DNA of 64,000 bases from Bacilli bacterium (GCA_017635565.1 JAGBLE010000009.1:4932-68931); one strand, 5' to 3'. Numbered from the stretch's first letter, positions 35,847 through 45,333 are shown. A program made the numbers and translations. Notes: generated by a model not told the origin, from the letters alone.

Positions 35847-36668
35847 ATGGCAACTTTAAAAATCAATGATCTCCATGTTGAAGTAGAGGGTAAAAAAATA
35901 CTTAAAGGTGTAACTGTTTCTATAAGCGAAGGAGAAACCGTTGCGTTATTAGGTCCAAACGGACATGGAAAATCTACATTATTAAATGTAATCATGGGAC
36001 ATCCTAGATACAAGATTACTTCTGGAAGTATGTATCTTGATGATGTTGATATCACACATATGACCACTGACGAAAGAGCGAGAGCAGGTTTATTTTTGGC
36101 GCTTCAAAATCCCGCTGAAGTTACAGGTGTTATTAATTCCGATTTTTTAAGAGCTGCCGTTAACGCTACAAGCGAAGAAAAAATATCAACATATAAATTT
36201 TATAAAATGCTCGATGGAGCGACTAAAGAATTAAAAATGCCATTTGATTTAGCAACAAGAAGTTTAAATGAAGGATTTAGTGGTGGAGAGAAAAAGAGAA
36301 ACGAAATACTTCAACTTTTACTTCTCAAACCAAAAATTGCAATGCTTGACGAAATCGATTCTGGACTTGATGTTGACGCAATTCAAATCGTTGCCGATGT
36401 CATCAAAAAAGAAGAAGAAAATGGTAGAGGATTCTTGGTCATTTCTCACTATGCAAGATTGTTCGACTTAATTAAACCTACAAGAGCGGTTGTCATGATT
36501 AATGGTCGAATCGTTTTAGATGGCGATACTTCTTTAATTAAACGTATTGATCAAAATGGATATGAATTTATCAAGACTGAATTAAGAATTGAAATCGAAA
36601 AAGAAAACGCTGATATGAACACAGTTTCAATTGGCAGTTGTGCAGTAAAAGAATCAATTAAGAAATAA
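35847..36668 (+). CDS. sufC: Fe-S cluster assembly ATPase SufC
   Basis: MATLKINDLHVEVEGKKILKG, Walker A GPNGHGKST, signature FSGGEKKRNEI, Walker B MLDEIDSGLD. ATG 35847 preferred (GAGGTG 6 nt upstream) over GTG 35838. Confidence 0.93.
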   Translation: MATLKINDLHVEVEGKKILKGVTVSISEGETVALLGPNGHGKSTLLNVIMGHPRYKITSGSMYLDDVDITHMTTDERARAGLFLALQNPAEVTGVINSDFLRAAVNATSEEKISTYKFYKMLDGATKELKMPFDLATRSLNEGFSGGEKKRNEILQLLLLKPKIAMLDEIDSGLDVDAIQIVADVIKKEEENGRGFLVISHYARLFDLIKPTRAVVMINGRIVLDGDTSLIKRIDQNGYEFIKTELRIEIEKENADMNTVSIGSCAVKESIKK

Positions 36669-36669
36669 T

Positions 36670-37437
36670 ATGGAAAAGGTAATTGTTAATTCAGATTTAT
36701 ATTTTGACTGTTTGAATAAGGATCCAAACCTTTCTTTTAGTGTTGTTAGTGGAAAAGAAGTTTTCTTATTCTTAAAAGATATTAATAATGTGAATTCAAT
36801 TGATATAGATGTTAGAAACGACTCAATTTTGAGACTTTCTATTTTTTCAAAAAACCCAATTGATTTATTGAAAATTACCGCAAATGTGGCAAAAAATTCT
36901 AAAATTATTTGTTATTTTGCAGATTTCTCAGTTGAAAAGAATCATCTTGAAGCTTCGATAAATTTGAATGATGAAGATGCAAAATGTGAATGGCACCTTG
37001 CAAGCCTTTCAAGCCAAAAAGATGATAAAAATATTTCTGTCTCAATTTATCATAATTCACCAAGAACATTTGGAAAAATTGATAATTATGGTGTTTGTAA
37101 AGACCACAGCAAATTAGTGTTTTCTGGAGTCTCTCATATTTTAAAAGGATGTCATCAAAGTGCCTCTCATCAAAACGCCAAAATAGTTGTATTTGATGAT
37201 AACTGTTTAGCGATAGCGAAGCCTATACTTCGAATCGATGAAAATGATATCGAAGCAAGCCACGCCGCAGTAGTTGGAAAAGTAAGTGATGAACACATCT
37301 TTTATTTAACCTCAAGAGGCCTAAGTGTTGACGAGGCAAAACTACTTATTACACTCGGTTATTTAAAGCCAATTTTAAAAGGTTTTGATCAGTCAGTTTC
37401 TAATGAGATTGATTCTGTAATTGAAAGGAGATTATAG
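36670..37437 (+). CDS. sufD: SufD-like Fe-S assembly protein, short form (255 aa)
   Basis: Position between sufC and sufS. C-terminal core motifs RIDENDIEASHAAVVGKVSDEHIFYLTSRGLSVDEAKLLI match the SufB/SufD fold. Confidence 0.8.
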   Translation: MEKVIVNSDLYFDCLNKDPNLSFSVVSGKEVFLFLKDINNVNSIDIDVRNDSILRLSIFSKNPIDLLKITANVAKNSKIICYFADFSVEKNHLEASINLNDEDAKCEWHLASLSSQKDDKNISVSIYHNSPRTFGKIDNYGVCKDHSKLVFSGVSHILKGCHQSASHQNAKIVVFDDNCLAIAKPILRIDENDIEASHAAVVGKVSDEHIFYLTSRGLSVDEAKLLITLGYLKPILKGFDQSVSNEIDSVIERRL

Positions 37438-37438
37438 G

Positions 37439-38671
37439 ATGTACGACATTGATAAAATACGTTCTGATTTCCCAATGCTACAGGATAAAAAAATGCAAGG
37501 TAAACCACTTGTGTATTTAGATAATGCTTCAACAACTTTTAAACCATATTCTGTCATTAACGCGATTAATAAATATTATTTAGAAATGAACGCTAATTCG
37601 CATCGTGGAGATTACGATTTATGTTATAACATGGATGTTGAAGTTCTTCTTTCGCGTAAAGCAATTGCGAAATTTATTAATTCCGAAGTTAATGAAGTTG
37701 TTTTTACAAGTGGAGACACTGAGTCGCTTAATTTAGTTGCGTATGGATATGCTTTAGATAATTTGAAAAAAGGCGATCAAATTTTAATTAGTGAAACCGA
37801 ACACGCCTCTAACGTATTACCATGGTATCGAATTTGTGAATTAACTGGTGCAGAAATGTGCTTTCTTGATTTAGAAAATAATCGCGCGACAGTAAATTCT
37901 GTTTCTAACGCATTTAAAAAATATAAAAATATCAAGATAGTTGCGCTTGCGCATGTAGGTAATGTCTTAGGATATGAAATTAACGCGAAAGAAATTGCCT
38001 CAATTTGTCATAGTAATGGTGCAATTTTTGTTCTCGATGGAGCTCAATCTGTTCCTCATATGCCAGTGGATTTTAAAGATTTAGATGTCGATTTTTTATC
38101 TTTCTCCGCTCATAAAATGTGTGGACCAACTGGAATAGGGTGCTTGGTTGGAAAATATGATCTACTTCAAAAGATGTCAACTTTCCATTCCGGTGGGGGA
38201 ATGAATGTTAAGTTCGATAAAGAAGGCGTTATTCCTTTAGATGCTCCGGCGAAATTTGAAGCAGGAACCTTAAACTTATCAGCAATAATGGGCTTCAGAG
38301 CAGCAATTGAATACTTAGAAAAAATTGGAATGGACAATATTCATAAGCATGATGTTGAATTATTTGATTACGCTATTTCAAAATTAGAAAATCACGATAA
38401 CATTATTATTTATAACAAGGATGCGCGTAGTGGAATTATATCCTTTAATATCAAAGGTGTATTTGCTCAAGATGAAGCAACATTATTAAATTCAAAAGGT
38501 ATAGCGGTTAGAAGCGGACAACATTGCGCTAAAATGATTGATGATGTTATTAAAACACCAGCGACTGTGAGAATGTCAACTTACTTATACACTTCGAAAG
38601 AAGAAATTGATATATTTGTAGAAAATTTAATTAATGGAGGAGATATTTTAGATGCCTATTTCTTTAACTAA
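37439..38671 (+). CDS. sufS: Cysteine desulfurase SufS (class II aminotransferase V)
   Basis: IRSDFPML...VYLDNASTT, PLP lysine context SFSAHKMCGPTGIG, active-site loop RSGQHCA. ATG 37439 preferred (AAAGGAG upstream). Confidence 0.93.
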   Translation: MYDIDKIRSDFPMLQDKKMQGKPLVYLDNASTTFKPYSVINAINKYYLEMNANSHRGDYDLCYNMDVEVLLSRKAIAKFINSEVNEVVFTSGDTESLNLVAYGYALDNLKKGDQILISETEHASNVLPWYRICELTGAEMCFLDLENNRATVNSVSNAFKKYKNIKIVALAHVGNVLGYEINAKEIASICHSNGAIFVLDGAQSVPHMPVDFKDLDVDFLSFSAHKMCGPTGIGCLVGKYDLLQKMSTFHSGGGMNVKFDKEGVIPLDAPAKFEAGTLNLSAIMGFRAAIEYLEKIGMDNIHKHDVELFDYAISKLENHDNIIIYNKDARSGIISFNIKGVFAQDEATLLNSKGIAVRSGQHCAKMIDDVIKTPATVRMSTYLYTSKEEIDIFVENLINGGDILDAYFFN

Positions 38672-39083
38672 TGAGATGATGAGAGCCATTATTATGGATC
38701 ATTCATCAAATCCAACTAATAAACATACTCCTTCAGGAGATGGATATGAAAAGGTCCATATGCATTCCGATAACTGCATTGATGATCTAGATATTTATTT
38801 AAAAGTTGAAAATGGTAAAGTAATCGATGCTTGTTTTGAAGGAATTGCTTGTACAATTTCATTAAGTAGCACTGATATTATGTGTGACTTAATGAAAGGG
38901 AAAACAATTAAAGAAGCGCTTTATATGATTGAACAATATCAACATATGATGCACGAAGAACCATTTGATGATGAAGTATTAGATGAAGCGATAGTGTTTG
39001 TCAACACTAGTAAGCAAGCAGCAAGAATTAGATGCGCTACTATTGGATGGAACGCTGCTAATTCAATCTTGAAGGACAAATAA
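38652..39083 (+). CDS. sufU: Fe-S scaffold / sulfur acceptor SufU
   Basis: [12 protein letters not shown] (NCIDDLDIY), [10 protein letters not shown] and RIRCATIGW are the three Cys plus Asp positions of SufU/IscU-like proteins. Confidence 0.88.
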   Translation: MPISLTNEMMRAIIMDHSSNPTNKHTPSGDGYEKVHMHSDNCIDDLDIYLKVENGKVIDACFEGIACTISLSSTDIMCDLMKGKTIKEALYMIEQYQHMMHEEPFDDEVLDEAIVFVNTSKQAARIRCATIGWNAANSILKDK

Positions 39084-39084
39084 T

Positions 39085-40482
39085 ATGAAAGACGATATAA
39101 AGTTCCAAGAAGATTATAAATATGGTTTTAAAGACGAAGATGTCTCTATTTTAAAAACTAAAAAGGGACTTAATGAGGAAACAATTCGTCAAATTTCAGC
39201 GTATAAAAATGAGCCTGAATGGATGCTTGAATTCCGTCTTAAAGCTCTTAAGGCATTTAACAATATGCCACTTCCTAATTATGGTCCAGATTTAACTGGT
39301 CTTGATTTTGATTCATTTACTTACTTTACAAGACCATCCGAAAAAGAGGTTAAAAACTGGGATGAAGTTCCAGAGACCATTAAAAATACATTTAATCGAC
39401 TTGGAATACCTGAAGCAGAACAAAAATATTTAAGTGGCGTTTCCACTCAATATGAGTCTGAAGTCGTTTATCATAACATGTTAAAAGAGATTGAAGATAA
39501 AGGTGTTATTTTCTTATCAACTGATATGGCACTTAAGCTTTATCCTGATTTATTTAAAAAATATTTCTCTACAGTAATACCTGTTGCTGATAATAAATTT
39601 TCTGCTCTTAACGGAGCGGTTTGGAGTGGTGGATCTTTTATCTATGTTCCTAAAGGTGTTCATCTTGATAAACCGCTTCAAAGTTATTTCAGAATCAACA
39701 ATGAAAAAAGTGGCCAATTTGAACGTACACTTATCATTGTAGACGAAGGCGCTGATGTCCATTATGTCGAAGGATGTACAGCCCCTACTTACTCCAAAGA
39801 ATCTTTGCATGCTGCTGTAGTGGAAATCATTGTTCTTGCTGGAGGAAAATGCAGATATTCAACAGTACAAAATTGGAGCACAAATATTGTAAATTTAGTG
39901 ACAAAACGGGCAGTTTGTTATGAAAATGCATCTATGGAATGGATTGATGGAAATATTGGAAGTCAAGTAAATATGAAGTATCCAGCATGTATTTTAAAAG
40001 GACGTGGCGCTAAAGGGACATGTATCTCAATTGCGGTCGCTGGTAAAGGCCAATTTCAAGATGCTGGAGCGCGTATGATTCATGAAGCAGATGATACAAC
40101 TAGTACCATCATTTCTAAATCAATTGTTAAAAATGGTGGGGTTGCTAATTATCGTGGAACTGTTCGTCATAAAGAAGGTGCTCATAACTGCAGAAGTCAC
40201 GTTGAATGTGACACTTTAATTTTGGACCATCTTTCAAAAAGTGACACAATTCCAAATAATGATGTCAGAAATAATACATCTTATATTGAGCATGAAGCTA
40301 CTGTTAGTAAAATTAATGAAGATCAACTCTTTTATTTAATGAGTAGAGGTATTTCAGAAAAAGACGCAACTCAAATGATTATCATGGGATTCATTGAACC
40401 ATTTAGTCGTGAACTTCCAATGGAATATGCGGTTGAATTAAACCAATTAATAAAGATGGATATGGAAGGTAGTGTAGGATAG
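39085..40482 (+). CDS. sufB: Fe-S cluster assembly protein SufB
   Basis: 465 aa; [45 protein letters not shown] and GFIEPF motifs. Confidence 0.95.
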   Translation: MKDDIKFQEDYKYGFKDEDVSILKTKKGLNEETIRQISAYKNEPEWMLEFRLKALKAFNNMPLPNYGPDLTGLDFDSFTYFTRPSEKEVKNWDEVPETIKNTFNRLGIPEAEQKYLSGVSTQYESEVVYHNMLKEIEDKGVIFLSTDMALKLYPDLFKKYFSTVIPVADNKFSALNGAVWSGGSFIYVPKGVHLDKPLQSYFRINNEKSGQFERTLIIVDEGADVHYVEGCTAPTYSKESLHAAVVEIIVLAGGKCRYSTVQNWSTNIVNLVTKRAVCYENASMEWIDGNIGSQVNMKYPACILKGRGAKGTCISIAVAGKGQFQDAGARMIHEADDTTSTIISKSIVKNGGVANYRGTVRHKEGAHNCRSHVECDTLILDHLSKSDTIPNNDVRNNTSYIEHEATVSKINEDQLFYLMSRGISEKDATQMIIMGFIEPFSRELPMEYAVELNQLIKMDMEGSVG

Positions 40483-40484
40483 AA

Positions 40485-42359
40485 ATGGATTACCAAGTTA
40501 TTGTTGTTGGTGGAGGTCACGCTGGTTTAGAAGCTGCTTTTAGTAGTGCTCATATGGGCATGAAAACTCTTTTAATTTCCTTAAACATTAAAATGATGGG
40601 AAATATGCCTTGCAATCCTTCTATTGGTGGAAGCGCAAAAGGAATTGTTGTTAGGGAAATAGATGCTTTAGGCGGAATGATGGGTATAGCAGCAGATCAT
40701 CATTATTTGCAGATGAAAATGCTTAATACTGGAAAAGGCCCAGGAGTGCAGTGTTTAAGAGCCCAACAAGATAAACTCGAATATCCTCAATACTTGCAAG
40801 AACTCGCCTTAAATACAAAAAATCTTACTGTTAAAGAAGGACATGTAACTGGATTATTGCACGATGACAAGCGCGTTTTTGGTGTGACTTTGGAAAATGG
40901 AGAATCTTTTACAAGTGAAGCAGTTATTCTTTCTACTGGCACCTATATGGAAAGTTATATTTTTAGAGGGCACAAGAAAATATCTCAGGGTCCTGATGGA
41001 GAAAAGCCATCTATCGGATTATCACAATGTCTAAGAGATATGGGTGTTGAAACTTATAGACTTAAAACTGGTACTCCACCAAGAATTAAAAGAGATTCAA
41101 TTGATTTTTCAAAAGCAAAAATTGAACCAGGTACACCAGGTAAATTGGCGTTCTCTTTTATGACAAAAGACTTTATACCAGTTGAAGAACAAGAACTTTG
41201 TTATTTAATTTATACAAATAAAAATACTCATGATATTATTCGTGAACATTTAGATGAGGCTGCATTATTTAGCGGAAATATCGTTGGAGTTGGTCCAAGA
41301 TATTGCCCATCAATTGAATCCAAAATAATGACTTTTAAAGATAAAGAGAGACATCAACTGTTCCTTGAACCTGAAAGCCGCTACACTGATTCAATATATT
41401 TACAAGGCTTTTCTACTTCGATGAGTGAAGAAGTGCAAGAACTAATGGTAAGATCTTTACCAGGATTTGAGAACGCTGTTTTCTTAAAATATGCCTATGC
41501 AATTGAATATGATGCTATCAAAACTGAAGAATATAAACCAACTTTAGAGCTAAAGAAATGGCCTGGATTATATATTGCCGGTCAAATTTGTGGTACCTCA
41601 GGATATGAAGAAGCTGCAGGTCTTGGCTTATTAGCAGGAATTAATGCTTCTTTAAAAATTCAAGGAAAAGAACCACTGATTTTAAGAAGAGATCAATCTT
41701 ATATCGGTGTTATGATTGATGATTTAGTGACTAAAGGAACAGAAGAACCATATCGTTTATTATCTAGTAGAGCGGAATTTAGACTCCTTTTAAGACACGA
41801 TAACGCTGATTTAAGATTAACTGAAATTGGTCATCAAATTGGTCTTATTGGTGAAGAGAGATATAACTACTTCCTCAATAAGAAAAAGAACATAGAAGAA
41901 GTGACAAAAATTCTTGAATCTACCTATTTAGGAAAGAAGAAAGAAATTGAAGAATACGTGGTTTCTTTAGGGTTTAATGAGCTGAAAGGTGGCATTTTAG
42001 CGGCCGAATTACTTAAGCGACCAGGAATTAAATATAGTGAGATTTCTAAGTTTGTTCCAGGATTAGAAAAATATGATTTAGATGAACAAACAATTGAAGA
42101 AATTGAAATCATTGAAAAATATGAAGGCTATATTATTAAGCAAAAAAGAGACATGATGAATTCCATTAAACTTGAAGAGCTTAAAATACCAGAAAATATT
42201 GATTATTCCAATATGGATGGAGTAAGACTTGAAGCTAGAGAAAAATTAAATAAAGTCCGTCCTTTAACAGTGGGACAAGCTTCTCGAGTTGCAGGAGTTA
42301 ACCCAAGTGACATCAGCATGTTAATATTAAATATAAAGAAGATGTTAAGACATGACTAA
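40485..42359 (+). CDS. mnmG: tRNA uridine 5-carboxymethylaminomethyl modification enzyme MnmG (GidA)
   Basis: FAD motif VIVVGGGHAGLEAA, NPSIGG.AKG..VREIDALGG, GPRYCPSIE, AGQI.GTSGYEEAA. Confidence 0.96.
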   Translation: MDYQVIVVGGGHAGLEAAFSSAHMGMKTLLISLNIKMMGNMPCNPSIGGSAKGIVVREIDALGGMMGIAADHHYLQMKMLNTGKGPGVQCLRAQQDKLEYPQYLQELALNTKNLTVKEGHVTGLLHDDKRVFGVTLENGESFTSEAVILSTGTYMESYIFRGHKKISQGPDGEKPSIGLSQCLRDMGVETYRLKTGTPPRIKRDSIDFSKAKIEPGTPGKLAFSFMTKDFIPVEEQELCYLIYTNKNTHDIIREHLDEAALFSGNIVGVGPRYCPSIESKIMTFKDKERHQLFLEPESRYTDSIYLQGFSTSMSEEVQELMVRSLPGFENAVFLKYAYAIEYDAIKTEEYKPTLELKKWPGLYIAGQICGTSGYEEAAGLGLLAGINASLKIQGKEPLILRRDQSYIGVMIDDLVTKGTEEPYRLLSSRAEFRLLLRHDNADLRLTEIGHQIGLIGEERYNYFLNKKKNIEEVTKILESTYLGKKKEIEEYVVSLGFNELKGGILAAELLKRPGIKYSEISKFVPGLEKYDLDEQTIEEIEIIEKYEGYIIKQKRDMMNSIKLEELKIPENIDYSNMDGVRLEAREKLNKVRPLTVGQASRVAGVNPSDISMLILNIKKMLRHD

Positions 42360-43044
42360 AGAACAATTAGAGGTTCAATTAGAAAAACTTGGATTAGAAA
42401 GCCACTCAGAAGAATTAGAGGCTCTTCAAAAGGATACATTAGCCACTAATGAGCTTTTTAATTTGACTGCAATCAAAGATGAAAACAAATTTAGAGAATT
42501 GATGATTTTGGATAGTTTATACCCTCTTTTATTAACGGATTTTTCAAATAAAAAAGTTATCGATATCGGCACAGGAGCGGGTTATCCAGGTCTTCCTCTT
42601 GCAATTTGTTCTTCTGCCTCTTTTACTCTTTTAGATTCAACAAAAAAGAAGGTTGATCATATTAACGAATATTCAAAAACAAGGGGTTTCTTGAATGTTT
42701 TAGGTGTAAATTATCGTGCCGAAGATTATTCAAAAGTTCATCGTAATGAATATGATATTGCCATCGCTCGCGCAGTGTCTTCTTTAAATATTTTATTAGA
42801 GATTATTATTCCTTTAGTGAAAGTAAATGGTTATTTCATTGCAATGAAAGGACCAAAAGGAAAAGAAGAAATTGCTGAATATAAAAAAGCGCTTAAAGAA
42901 TTAGGCGCTGAAGTAGTGGATATTCAAGAAATTACTCTTCCCGAAAGCGGAGAGAAGAGATGCAATATTCTCATCAAAAAAATTAGTGAGACAAAAAAGA
43001 AATATCCTCGTCCATACAAAGAAATTATTAACAAATCTCTTTAA
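42352..43044 (+). CDS. rsmG: 16S rRNA m7G527 methyltransferase RsmG (GidB)
   Basis: SAM motif DIGTGAGYPGLPLAI. Follows mnmG with an 8-nt overlap. ARAV...L motif present. Confidence 0.92.
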   Translation: MTKEQLEVQLEKLGLESHSEELEALQKDTLATNELFNLTAIKDENKFRELMILDSLYPLLLTDFSNKKVIDIGTGAGYPGLPLAICSSASFTLLDSTKKKVDHINEYSKTRGFLNVLGVNYRAEDYSKVHRNEYDIAIARAVSSLNILLEIIIPLVKVNGYFIAMKGPKGKEEIAEYKKALKELGAEVVDIQEITLPESGEKRCNILIKKISETKKKYPRPYKEIINKSL

Positions 43045-43074
43045 TTATCATAATCGTGGTTATAGAATATAAAT

Positions 43075-43180
43075 ACTTCAGGGCAGCGAATTAACGCGAC
43101 CGGCGGTATACCCCGCGAGCAGTAAAATGCATGAACTTGTGAAATTCAAGTGGCGACAGTAAAGTCTGGATGATAGAAGT
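43075..43180 (+). promoter_or_regulatory. FMN riboswitch (RFN element) aptamer
   Basis: Conserved RFN blocks: CTTCAGGGCAG..GAA.T..C.ACCGGCGGTA...CCCGCGAGC ... GGCGACAGTAAAGTCTGGATGA.AGAAG, with P1 ACTTC/GAAGT. Lies upstream of a RibU-like gene. Confidence 0.88.
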
Positions 43181-43200
43181 ATAAGATATTTCTTATGTTG

Positions 43201-43228
43201 TAGCCCCTGGAGTAGAGGGCTATTTTTT
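43201..43228 (+). terminator. Riboswitch expression-platform terminator that also contains the SD
   Basis: TAGCCC-CTGGAGTAGA-GGGCTA followed by TTTTTT, then ATG at 43229. The GAGGG of the 3' arm is the only SD-like element. Confidence 0.75.
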
Positions 43229-43933
43229 ATGAGTAATGAAGGCATTTTAAAACTTGTGCTTACGATTGTGTTATCGGTAGCAGTACTCACTTTTATTGTT
43301 GTAAGTATTATTTTAAGCAAAAAAAGAGGAACAAAAGTTAGCACAAAATTCATGACAAGAACTGCCATATTTGCGGCTTTATCAACGATTTTATATGTTG
43401 TTCCATTTTTGAAATTTAGGCTTCCGTTTTTCCCTTCATTTTTAGAGGTTCATTTGGATGAAATTCCTCTTTTGATGGCGGGATTTGCTTATGGACCTTG
43501 GTCTGGGATATTTGCGTTATTAATTAAAACAATAATCAAATTACCTCTTTCAACAACGATGTGCGTTGGTGAACTTGCAGATTTTGTTTATTCTTTATTT
43601 TTCGTTGTTCCCGCTGCTTTATTTTATAAGAAACATCGTAATTTTGTTGGAGCACTTATTGCGTTATTAATCGGAATGATATCTCAAATTATTGCCGCTT
43701 CCTTCATCACAACCTTCTTAATTCTTGATTTTTATATGTTTGTTATGGGCTTACCAAGAGAAGCAATCATCGGAGCAATACAAAAAGCTGGAATTATGAT
43801 CGACGATTTGACTTGGCCGTTCTTTATAATGGTGGGAGTTCCATTCAACGCATTTAAAGATGCGATCGTGGTCATTGTAACGATTCTCTTATATAAGAGA
43901 TTTAAAATAATTCTTGAAAAAATTGCTAGTTGA
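43229..43933 (+). CDS. ribU: ECF transporter S-component, riboflavin-type (RibU-like) with extra N-terminal TM segment
   Basis: Polytopic 234 aa protein directly behind an FMN riboswitch. The core from TRTAIFAALSTILYVV resembles S-components. ecfAAT is present in the window. Confidence 0.65.
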   Translation: MSNEGILKLVLTIVLSVAVLTFIVVSIILSKKRGTKVSTKFMTRTAIFAALSTILYVVPFLKFRLPFFPSFLEVHLDEIPLLMAGFAYGPWSGIFALLIKTIIKLPLSTTMCVGELADFVYSLFFVVPAALFYKKHRNFVGALIALLIGMISQIIAASFITTFLILDFYMFVMGLPREAIIGAIQKAGIMIDDLTWPFFIMVGVPFNAFKDAIVVIVTILLYKRFKIILEKIAS

Positions 43934-43941
43934 AAAAGCAC

Positions 43942-43978
43942 AAAAAAACCAGATTGAACTTAGAAATCTGGTTTTCTT
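43942..43978. terminator. Bidirectional terminator between convergent ribU and ferredoxin genes
   Basis: AACCAGATT-GAACTTAGA-AATCTGGTT flanked by an A-run (5') and a T-run (3'). Confidence 0.8.
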
Positions 43979-43984
43979 ATATTT

Positions 43985-44164
43985 CTACTCTTCGACAGAG
44001 ATTGCACCGACTGGGCAGACACTAACGGCTTCTTCTTCGCCTTCTCCAGTGACTGGTTCTGCAAATCCGCTATCACCGATTGTGAAATCATCTGGATATG
44101 TTCCTGCACAGGCTCCGCAACAAATGCATAAGCCTTGGTCTACTTTGACTCTTTTCTTAGCCAT
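43985..44164 (-). CDS. Small single-cluster [4Fe-4S]/[3Fe-4S]-type ferredoxin (59 aa)
   Basis: Not in the ORF track (<60 aa). Hand translation of the minus strand gives MAKKRVKVDQGLCICCGACAGTYPDDFTIGDSGFAEPVTGEGEEEAVSVCPVGAISVEE with a CxxCxxC...CP pattern. CCAGGAGG lies 9 nt upstream of ATG. Confidence 0.85.
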   Translation of the reverse strand: MAKKRVKVDQGLCICCGACAGTYPDDFTIGDSGFAEPVTGEGEEEAVSVCPVGAISVEE

Positions 44165-44249
44165 TGATATTTACCTCCTGGGTTTAAAAACATTATATAT
44201 CTACAATTACTATTTTGCTAATTAATCTTAAATTAAATAAAATTATGTT

Positions 44250-44930
44250 ATGAATATTGCACTTATAGTCTTTGCCGGAAAAGGCACGAGAGTAAAATCT
44301 CCAATCCCAAAACAATTCATTAAAATCCACGATAAGGAGCTTGTAATCTATACGATTGAACAGTTCCAAAAGAATCAAAATATCGATGAAATTGTTCTAG
44401 TTACACACCCTGATTATATTGACTTAGTAAAAAAGTTAGTTAAACAATACGAATTATCGAAAGTTAAAAATATTCTTCCTGGTGGAGAAACTCGACAAGA
44501 TTCAGTACGACTTGGTCTTTTATCGATGGAATATGATGAAAAAGATAACGTTCTTATTCATGATGGTGATCGGCCTCTAGTGAGTCAAGAAATCATTGAC
44601 AGTAATATCAACCAATTAAATGAATTTTCAGCGGTCTGCACGATGATTTATCATCGAAACGCTCTTAAGGAAGTGTCTAATCTTGGAAGAAACAAGAAAA
44701 TAAATGATATTGATGCTGATATTCAAACCCCTCAATCTTTTAAATTTGGACTAATCAAAAAATATCATCTTCTTAGGCAAAATGAAGAGTTTAGTGATGA
44801 CGCAAGTATCGTTGAAAGAGACATTGAAGTTTGCTATATTCCGGGAAACAAATATAATTTTAAAATCACCACTGACGGGGACCTAGAGCACTTTAAAAAT
44901 CTTATAGAACAAAATGAAAAAAATAATTGA
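44250..44930 (+). CDS. IspD/TarI-family sugar-phosphate cytidylyltransferase
   Basis: N-terminal ALIVFAGKGTRVKSPIPKQF (GxGxR...PKQ), GGETRQDSV and HDGDRP motifs. Confidence 0.8.
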   Translation: MNIALIVFAGKGTRVKSPIPKQFIKIHDKELVIYTIEQFQKNQNIDEIVLVTHPDYIDLVKKLVKQYELSKVKNILPGGETRQDSVRLGLLSMEYDEKDNVLIHDGDRPLVSQEIIDSNINQLNEFSAVCTMIYHRNALKEVSNLGRNKKINDIDADIQTPQSFKFGLIKKYHLLRQNEEFSDDASIVERDIEVCYIPGNKYNFKITTDGDLEHFKNLIEQNEKNN

Positions 44931-45333
44931 GAACATTAAGAAAAATCTAAAAACATATATTTGGACTTTTATTATTTCCACTTTAGTTGGTTTAGGAGTT
45001 TTTCTTTTCTTTTATTTTTTTCAAAAACAAACATATGTTGGTGCATTAAACGGAGCTGGAGTGGCTTTTGCAGCGTTATTTGGCATTGGTATTCTCTGTT
45101 GGCTTGGTCGATTTGGTGCGTATGATACGATGAGTTATGGATTTGTTCAAATGATTACGAGTATGTTTGGAAAAGAAGCTAATAAACATAACGATTTCAG
45201 TGCTTATAAACAAGAAAAAAATGCGAGAAGAAAACTTTCATCAAATTATTATTTTGTCATTATGTTTGTTTCTCTTCTCTTCTTAATTACGTTTGTTATT
45301 TTGGAGATTTTAAAATCTCAAATTTTTAACTAA
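44914..45333 (+). CDS. Small integral membrane protein (DUF3899-like)
   Basis: 139 aa, about 3-4 TM segments, central GAYDTMSYGF motif. Overlaps the upstream gene by 17 nt. Confidence 0.45.
   Translation: MKKIIENIKKNLKTYIWTFIISTLVGLGVFLFFYFFQKQTYVGALNGAGVAFAALFGIGILCWLGRFGAYDTMSYGFVQMITSMFGKEANKHNDFSAYKQEKNARRKLSSNYYFVIMFVSLLFLITFVILEILKSQIFN

Noticed and set aside
43078-43368. Track ORF on the minus strand (96 aa) spanning the rsmG-ribU intergenic region
   Set aside because: It lies antisense to a clear FMN riboswitch and to the 5' end of ribU. It has no RBS, and the translation is a low-complexity hydrophobic string. Shadow ORF.
43914-44225. Track ORF on the plus strand (103 aa) downstream of ribU
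   Set aside because: It reads through a bidirectional terminator and is the antisense of a well-formed ferredoxin gene that has a strong RBS. Its translation has no recognisable features.
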